NCBI GenBank assembly: GCA_963815195.1
Contig: CAWFGE010000009.1
Coordinates: 32,001 to 96,000, forward strand
Length of the DNA: 64,000 bases
Origin: an uncultured Planctomycetaceae bacterium
GTDB lineage: Bacteria; Planctomycetota; Planctomycetia; Planctomycetales; Planctomycetaceae
Direction: 5' to 3'
Numbering within the stretch: the first letter of the stretch is position 1; every line of letters begins with the position of its first letter. Of this stretch, positions 57,762 to 64,000 are shown in pieces. The notes beneath the pieces were generated by a model that worked only from the letters and a program-made list of their open reading frames with translations, did not search any database and was not told where the DNA came from. Position numbers and translations under genes: made by a program.

Positions 57762-58507
57762 TGCGATGAAATGCCGGCGAAGCGCTGGGCTAAATGTGAG
57801 TGACCCCTGCATCGTTGTCGCGATGAGGGGTCGGGGTTTGGGGCCTTGCGGCTCCCAATCGCGCCGGGGAGTTTAACCCTCTCCGGCGGGCAACGCAAGG
57901 CTCTTTCCAATTCTCCAAGGATGGAGATTTGTTGCCATGTATAGGCGATTCTGTTTCTTCGCGTTGGTCGCCATCGCTCTGCTTGGGCTTTGGCTTCGTC
58001 AAGGTGAAGCCGCTGCGTTGATTATTCAAATCCTCGTGCGGTTCATAACACGCTAAATTTCAAGCGGCGGAGATTCTGTGAATCTCCGCCGCGCTTCATT
58101 TGCCCAAAGCCCCGAAAAAAACGCGAGATTCTTTTTCCGGTGATTCCCAGCCGATGACGCCGTTGACACTGACAGTTTTGCAGGAAAGGATTTCCGACCA
58201 TCAGCTATTGGCGCAAGGGAACGGCCAACCGCCAACCCGTGATGACCGGGCTGGCCGTGGGAACCCCGGCGGTTTGCCGGAATCTGCGCAACACCATCTT
58301 ACGGACCAGTAACGCTTTTGGGAACGCGGTGAGCATTCCGAACGGTTGGGTCCCGATGTGCTGGCGGTTAACGTCATCTCGGAAATGAAAGCGGCGGCCG
58401 CCCAGACGCGGCCGTGGGACAGCTTGGCGGCCTGCCCTCTCACGGGTCCCCGACCATCCGGATACACCACCTGCCCGTCGGGGGGCGGCCACGGCGCCCT
58501 GAGCCCG

Positions 58508-58806
58508 GCCTTGAGGACTATGCCACTGGGCGAGCAATGGCGTTTCCGTCGCCGCAGACGAAACCTTACTTTGTCCCAGTATCTAGGCCACCGGGCAGGC
58601 TTGAACTTTTCGCTGGTCCAGCGTGCGGTCCCAGTATCGGTCCCATTATCCAAGCCACTGGGCAGGCGTTGAAACCCTCCGGTCGAGCACGGCTGCGTGT
58701 CTCTCGACGAGTTGTCCCAGCGTCTAGGCCACTGGGCAGGCATTGTGCGCCCCAGTATTCAGGCCACTGGGCAAGCATTGTACTAAAGCAAAAGTATAAC
58801 GAACCG
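58508..58806 (+). repeat. Cluster of five degenerate ~31-bp direct repeats GTCCCAGTATCTAGGCCACTGGGCAGGCATT
   Basis: Copies at 58508 (weak), 58573, 58640, 58714 and 58749. Confidence 0.85.
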
Positions 58807-58862
58807 CCGCTGCAGCGGGGGGCTACAGCGGGGAGCCCAGGTCATGTTGAATGGTCGCGCGG

Positions 58863-58927
58863 CTTTCGGGTTTGACTTTTCCAGAACCCGAAAGTACCAT
58901 AGGGCTCTTAAGGTCCATAAGGTCCAA
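58863..58927 (+). promoter_or_regulatory. Sigma70-type promoter with overlapping operator
   Basis: TTGACT(58872)-17 nt-TACCAT(58895), overlapped by the inverted repeat ctttcgggtt/aacccgaaag; tandem taaggtcca x2 downstream. Confidence 0.65.
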
Positions 58928-58955
58928 ATCCTGACAAACGAACTCGGAGGACGCC

Positions 58956-59150
58956 ATGAAAAAAAAGGGTAAAAATCAAGCAAGCCCAACTCGCCTGATT
59001 AAGTTCCACGTTTCGCCGCAGGAGCAGGACATCATACGGCTGGCCGCAGCGCTCAAGCGGACATCAATGGCCGACTTTGCTCGCCTGATTGTCCTGGACG
59101 AGGCCTTGCGCCTGACAAAAGGCGTCAGCCTGCCGGACCCGGAAAGCTAA
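58956..59150 (+). CDS. Ribbon-helix-helix protein (DUF1778-like)
   Basis: IKFHVSPQEQDIIRLAAAL...SMADFAR; GGAGG RBS. Confidence 0.75.
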   Translation: MKKKGKNQASPTRLIKFHVSPQEQDIIRLAAALKRTSMADFARLIVLDEALRLTKGVSLPDPES

Positions 59151-59205
59151 CGAGTTTCTATTGGCGTCAATGGAAACTCACCCCTCTAACCCCAAGGAGC
59201 GAAAA

Positions 59206-59789
59206 ATGCCGACGATTAATTGCGCTCTGTGCAAACACCCCGTCAAAATGCCGAAAGCAAGATACGAAAAAATGCTCGCATCCAGCAAAAAGCCGCTGTG
59301 CAGCCAGTGTCGTCGCTATGCCACGACAGCGGCCGAGGGCGACATAGAAGTATCGAACGATGGCGATACCTCTATGGTCTTGCGGGGAAAACCCGGAACG
59401 CCAATCGCCTCTCGCAAACTAAAACGCGTGGTGAACGAGACCCGCGACGAAGACGCCAACGAAGCGGATGCTTGGCGAGAACTAGTCGGGGCCCCACCAG
59501 CCGACCCCACGCAACACTGGCAAGACGCCAGCGTTTTCGACTACGAGGGGTTTGCTGACGACCTGACCTCACTGGTCCTACACTGGTGGCGTCTCGCCAT
59601 GACACCAGGCCCAAGGGCGACAGAAAAAAACCTACGACGCGCCTGTTGTATATCGCCGACGTGCTACGAGAGTTAGGCCACGATATAAGCGAGGATCTGC
59701 GAGAGCAGCAGCGGCGGGTTTCGCGAGAAGCCAACAAAAAGCACCAGGAAAAGCTAGACGTGCAGGGTCGGAAAACGGGCAAAAAGTAG
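59206..59789 (+). CDS. Hypothetical protein with N-terminal CxxC...CxxC (probable indel near 59600)
   Basis: CALC and CSQC; AAGGAG RBS. Confidence 0.55.
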
Positions 59790-59939
59790 ATTGCCCTAGA
59801 CTCTGCGGGCGAAATCCGGACTATATAGTGTATGACTCGCAGGCATTGGAGCCCGCGAAAAAAAAGAAACCCCAGCCGGTTTGCGACGGCGGCTGGGGCT
59901 TCAGGCGATTTTTCGACTCCCGTCCAGGAAGCTAATAGT

Positions 59940-61889
59940 ATGGTAACTAGCAGATCACGCAACGGCAACCCCAATCGCGGCCGCGCCGCGGAAAATGGCC
60001 ACGCCCCCCGAAACCGCCTGTCGCGGCCGGCAGCCCCGCCCGAACCCGAACCCAACCCTCGGCTGGTCGCCGCCCTTCCTGACGGGCGCCGCCGGATAAT
60101 CAGACCCGCGCGAGTCCGGGGCTCCGACGCGATCCCCGCGAACTGCCGCAGCATCACGATCCATGACCTGCCCGACTGGCCCGACGACGCCGTCGGCGAC
60201 ATGCTAGTCCTGGTGCACGACCTGGGCCGCCCGATCTACGTAGATGCCGGGCAGGAGCGCTATCCGGACGTATTCGCCGCGGCCCTCGCGGCGCTGGTGG
60301 GCCCATCAGCGGACCCCACACGATATACCCGCTCCTGTCACGCCGCCCTGATGGCCGGGGCGATCGCGCATCCCGAATCCGCCGAAGCGGCATATAACCA
60401 GATCGCGGCCCGGCTGCGGGCGTTGGGCGATTCCCGAACACACACGCAGTTAGTCGCATTTCTGCGACAGGCGGGGGGCGCGTTGTTCGCGGGCGGCGAA
60501 TCGCGCGAAATGACGCTGAAGGCGTGGGCGGAGAGCTATCTGGCCAGCCTGCCCCAGCCCACCGCCGCGGAGGAAATCGAGACCGGGGCGCCGCCGCCGC
60601 CGCTGATATATTACCAGGACGGGTATTATGCACGGCAAAATAATAGGTATCGCGAAGCCCCCAAAAAGGAGGTTAAGGCAACTGTTACCCGTCACGCGCA
60701 GTCACGGCCCGGCGGGGACAAGCTGGCCGATGGGACGATACGCAGCATCATGACCCATTTGGACGGCCTAACTGTGCTGCCCAGCCAGTCGCTGGATTTC
60801 CCGCTGTGGGTCGAGGCCTGGCCGGATCGGGTATCACGCTCGCCATATCTCGCTATGGCCAATGGCCTACTCGACCTGCAGGCACTGCTGGACGGCCGGG
60901 AGGAGCCCCTCCGGACTCACAGCTCGCGGCACTTCTCGCCGACGATCCTGCCCTACGAGTTCAACCCCCGGGCGGGCTGTCCCATATGGCGACGGACGCT
61001 GGCGAGGATCCTCCCGCGACGGGGCGATGGGGACCTCCGACGACCTATATTACAGCAGTTTTTCGGCTGGTGCTTGGCCGGCCCGTTACTTCCCGATTAC
61101 CAAAAATTTTTAGTGTTGTTTGGCGAAGCGGGATCCGGAAAGGGAACCTGTCTGCGCGTTTTGGACGCTCTGGTCGGCAAGGACAATCTGTCGCATGTGA
61201 CCCCGGCCGAGCTGGAAGAAAAATTCGGGATGGAATCGCTCTCCGGAAAACTCGTGAACTCGGCGGGCGATATTGGTGAGCACATCTCGAAAAAAGCAGA
61301 AAGCCGCCTCAAGGCGCTGACGGGCAGCGATGCCATGACCATCGCCCGAAAATGGCGCACCGACGCGATCCTACTACCCGAGAGCCGTCCCCGCCTGGCC
61401 TTCGCCGCGAACGCCATGCCGAGGTTCGAGGACCGCAGCAGCGGAACATGGCGACGGCTGATTGCGATGCCGTTTTTGAACCCGATCGCGGCCGAGGACC
61501 GTGACGTGCAGCGCGATGACGACCTGCGCGCCGAACTGCCAGGAATCTTCAATTGGGCGATTCGCGGGGCGCGACTGCTGAGCTACCAGGGGGCGTTTCC
61601 AAGCTGCGAACTCTGCCAGGCGGCGCTGGATGAGCACCGGCTACACTCGGATCCGCTCCGCCAATGGGTGGAGGCTCGCGTGATACTCGACCCCGCTGGT
61701 CGCGCGTGGGTCGATGCTGCCTATCGCGACTACCGCGACTGGTGCGCTGAGAGCGGCTATCGCGCGCTCGGAAAATCAGAATTCGGACGGCAAATCGGAA
61801 AAATCGACAACGTCGAAAGACGCTATCCCAGGGTCGGCGGATCCCGGCAATACCAGTACTGGGGACTGCGGTTGGCGGAGGGGCGATGA
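59940..61889 (+). CDS. P4-family / D5-like SF3 helicase (phage/plasmid primase C-terminal type)
   Basis: YLAMANGLLDL, LPYEFNP.A.CP.W, Walker A GEAGSGKGT, LKALTGSD, GTWRRLIAMPF, C-terminal wHTH (Y..WC.ESG). Start may be 59832. Confidence 0.9.
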   Translation: MVTSRSRNGNPNRGRAAENGHAPRNRLSRPAAPPEPEPNPRLVAALPDGRRRIIRPARVRGSDAIPANCRSITIHDLPDWPDDAVGDMLVLVHDLGRPIYVDAGQERYPDVFAAALAALVGPSADPTRYTRSCHAALMAGAIAHPESAEAAYNQIAARLRALGDSRTHTQLVAFLRQAGGALFAGGESREMTLKAWAESYLASLPQPTAAEEIETGAPPPPLIYYQDGYYARQNNRYREAPKKEVKATVTRHAQSRPGGDKLADGTIRSIMTHLDGLTVLPSQSLDFPLWVEAWPDRVSRSPYLAMANGLLDLQALLDGREEPLRTHSSRHFSPTILPYEFNPRAGCPIWRRTLARILPRRGDGDLRRPILQQFFGWCLAGPLLPDYQKFLVLFGEAGSGKGTCLRVLDALVGKDNLSHVTPAELEEKFGMESLSGKLVNSAGDIGEHISKKAESRLKALTGSDAMTIARKWRTDAILLPESRPRLAFAANAMPRFEDRSSGTWRRLIAMPFLNPIAAEDRDVQRDDDLRAELPGIFNWAIRGARLLSYQGAFPSCELCQAALDEHRLHSDPLRQWVEARVILDPAGRAWVDAAYRDYRDWCAESGYRALGKSEFGRQIGKIDNVERRYPRVGGSRQYQYWGLRLAEGR

Positions 61890-61897
61890 TCGGCGCG

Positions 61898-62290
61898 GAT
61901 CCCGCACCGATCTAGCACCAGATCTAGCACCAGATCCCGCACCAGATCCCGCACCAGACCCCAACTCTGACGCGACGATGAATCTGAAACGTGAAAAAAG
62001 GATCAAAATGATGTACAACGTTCACCTAAAATGGTGCGGGTGGTGCTAGATCGGTGCTAGATCTGGTGCTAGATCTACCTCGACCAAACGCTAGAAATAT
62101 AGGGGTGGTGCTAGTGGTGCTAGTGGATTCCCTATTAAGTTGCGTATAGGGAAATTTTTTGAGGGAAAAAAAAACGAAAAGAAAAACAATATCCAGATCC
62201 ACTAGCACCACCCGCACCACCCCTATATTTCTAGCGTTTCAGAGGGGGGGGGATCTAGCACCAGATCTAGCACCACCCGCACCACCCCCT
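61898..62290. repeat. Iteron-like repeats with a large inverted repeat: putative replication origin
   Basis: gatc(ta/cc)gcacca x5 (61898-61956), inverted copies (62032-62074), 43-bp IR 62086-62128/62197-62239 around an A-rich core, further copies at 62252-62288. Confidence 0.8.
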
Positions 62291-62337
62291 CACTCCATCA
62301 GCTTTCATCAACAATTTTCAACACTCAGAGGCCATAA

Positions 62338-63491
62338 ATGAAACCTTTAAATCCGCAGCTATTTAAGCTTCTTCAACTGCATTTTCAGACTGTTTTGGTC
62401 TCCAACGACGGCTGCGGCTCTGACCTGATCCGCAGACCCATTCGGGGCAGACGGCAAGGCCCGGTGGAGCGCCGAGATCGCCAATCCCAGTTCCGGTGAG
62501 CAGTACCGGGTCAACTGCCCATTTTGCAACGACGTGACGCAGCGGCTCTACATTCACCACCGTTACGGGTCGCGTGACGAGAAAACGGGCAGTGATTTTC
62601 GGGGGCTCATTTATTGCTTCAACGAAGAATGCCACGAAGAGGTAGCCAACCGCGACCAGCTACATGAGATGATTTTTTCGCGGGCTTCGTGGCGGGGGGC
62701 TCCCAGCGCTACCCAGATTCAGCCGGGCCGTCCTGAGGGGCCCGCGTCCCCGCCGCCAGAAATAAAGTATCCAGGTGCCACAATCCGCCTGGACAAGCTC
62801 GCGAAAACCCACCCCGATCATCCCGCGATTCTGTATCTGGAGGGGCGTGGGTTCGACCCCGGGATGTTGGGCCGGTTTTGGGATGTGCGCTACTGCCCCA
62901 CGAAATACTCAAACCGGATCATCATACCGATGCATAAGCAAAAAGCGGGCAAAAAAACGCTGGTGGGATGGCAGGCGAGATACATCGGCGATCCCCCGCC
63001 GAACGTGCCAAAATATCTCACCTGCCCGGGAATGCGCCGCAACCGGGAAGCCTACAATTTCGGCCCGGCTGTCCGTCGCCAGACCATTGCCATTGTCGAG
63101 GGCCCTACCGATGTGTGGCGTTTTGGGCCCCAAGCGATGGGACTTTGGGGCAAGACGATGAGCGAGTTTTTGCGGCAACGGCTTGTTAAAACGCTCCTAC
63201 GCCATAGCGACCAGACCGTCGTAGTGCTATTTGACCCCAATCAAAATCCAAAAGAAAAAGACAAAGGGAAGCTGCATCATATCGAGCGGCTAGTGTTCGA
63301 TCTTTCCGCCGAGTTGCAACGCGCCGAGGCTTCGCCGGCAAAGAGTTTTTGGAGTTCACCTGCCGGAGGAGCTAGATCCCGGCTCGATGGAGCGGGAGTC
63401 ACTTTGGCGAGCGGTCCAGCGAGAGGCCGACATTTTGGGGCTTGACGTTAGTTTCGGCAAAGCGTCGCTACGAAAAAAGAAAAAGGTATAG
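62338..63491 (+). CDS. Zn-finger + Toprim (DnaG-like) primase, split by indels
   Basis: MKPLNPQLF..., GEQYRVNCPFCND...CFNEEC, RIIIP, GWQAR, PKY, IVEGPTD, VLFD, and DPG in the final frame ending at TAG 63489-63491. Confidence 0.8.
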
Positions 63492-63561
63492 TTCTCATTG
63501 GCGTCAATGGAAACTCGGCCGCATCGCGCGGCCAGGACGATGTTTACTTTTTAGGAGAAGC

Positions 63562-63840
63562 ATGGACATGCGAAACGAAATCCAACCGACCTCAGTCCCG
63601 TTTCCGCAAGGCTGGGACTCAGGCACCCCCCAAGAACGCCGCAGACAGATGCTCGCGGATGGCCGGCGCGAACTGTTGACGTTGCTGAGTCATGGCCCAT
63701 TGCCTAGGCATCGGCTAGAGGCCAGTACTTCAATGACTGCCAATCGTCTCGATAGGGTTCTGAGGCGGCTGATTGTCGAAGGCAGCATCGAACTGGCCAC
63801 CAACGACGAAGGCGTCGAAATCTGTCGCCTCGTGGAATAG
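63562..63840 (+). CDS. Small winged-HTH-like protein bracketed by two 28-bp palindromes
   Basis: AGGAG RBS; LLTLLSHGP...L.......RLDRVLRRL..EG.I. Confidence 0.55.
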   Translation: MDMRNEIQPTSVPFPQGWDSGTPQERRRQMLADGRRELLTLLSHGPLPRHRLEASTSMTANRLDRVLRRLIVEGSIELATNDEGVEICRLVE

Positions 63841-64000
63841 TTTCCATTGGCGTCAATGGAAACTCCGTTGGCCTATGCTCCACAGTCTGCTCTGCCTTTC
63901 TCGAACTGACGCATTCGATCGGATAGCGAGGCGGGCCGGGATCATCCGGCCCATGCCTCCAGGCCTTTCGGCATACATTCGCCGTCCGCGCCTTGGAGAC

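Larger units (their letters stand above)
55196..63865. repeat. 28-bp palindrome family (G/T)AGTTTCYATT-GGCGTC-AATGGAAACTC, 6 copies
   Basis: 55196-55223(+), 55938-55965(-), 56636-56663(-, one arm degenerate), 59152-59179(+), 63489-63516(+), 63838-63865(+). Confidence 0.92.
58863..64000 (+). mobile_element. Phage-satellite/ICE-like regulation and replication module (continues beyond the window)
   Basis: Co-oriented RHH, Zn-finger ORF, P4/D5 helicase, iteron region, Toprim primase and wHTH; no intact integrase or structural genes in the window. Confidence 0.7.

Noticed and set aside
57841..57905. SRP RNA or tRNA
   Set aside because: Lacks the SRP GGAA loop with CAGG/AGCA motifs, and has no cloverleaf or T-loop. 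No tRNA or rRNA was recognised in the window.
58508..58779. CRISPR array
   Set aside because: Repeats are degenerate, gaps are irregular (one is 4 nt), there are no cas genes in the window, and solo copies occur at breakpoints; an element-end motif fits better.
61898..62290. CRISPR, or coding repeats (ORFs 61714..62049, 61776..62018)
   Set aside because: 12-bp units without spacers, in both orientations, next to a helicase fit an origin; the ORFs are incidental translations.
55196..63865. Classical integron attC sites or chromosomal dif
   Set aside because: Too short, no RYYYAAC/GTTRRRY boxes, no intI seen, and unlike the XerC/XerD consensus.

Overview
GC-rich bacterial window, most likely from a planctomycete (the 54.3 kb gene starts with the planctomycete LEERxLL export motif). 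Single-base indels break almost every long gene, including an ordinary ABC transporter, so most frameshifts are probably long-read errors, and the long genes below are my reconstructions across frames. Family names are recalled from motifs, not from database searches. Layout: (i) 1-12 kb: an HTH/DNA methyltransferase remnant, then a minus-strand operon of two Cys-motif NHL proteins, a PhnD-like/PQQ-propeller fusion and an Opp/Dpp-type ABC transporter, headed by a small ORF resembling an arrest-peptide leader. (ii) 12.4-14.8 kb: GT2 glycosyltransferase and sulfotransferase genes. (iii) 14.9-35.8 kb: a 5'-truncated giant adhesin-type polymorphic toxin (Ig-like repeats, beta-helix stalk, Hint, DUF2380-like tip) with its immunity gene and three orphan toxin/immunity cassettes (unknown tip+DUF2283, PIN-like, ParB-like+DUF6896). 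Its Hint (intein-like) domain is interrupted by a ~190 aa insertion carrying two transmembrane helices, the most unusual feature here. (iv) 35.9-39 kb: an RNA-repair operon (SEC-C, RNA ligase, HD-kinase, truncated Hen1). (v) 40.6-54.4 kb: a second ~4,400 aa toxin (cadherin/Ig repeats, Ala-rich helical stalk, normal Hint, AHH nuclease) with Imm11. (vi) 54.8-64 kb: recombinase and gene fragments, then a satellite/ICE-like replication module (RHH, P4/D5 helicase, iteron origin, Toprim primase). Two repeat families mark gene and fragment junctions: a 28-bp 11-6-11 palindrome (6 copies) and a ~31-bp GCCACTGGGCAGGC motif (7 copies).
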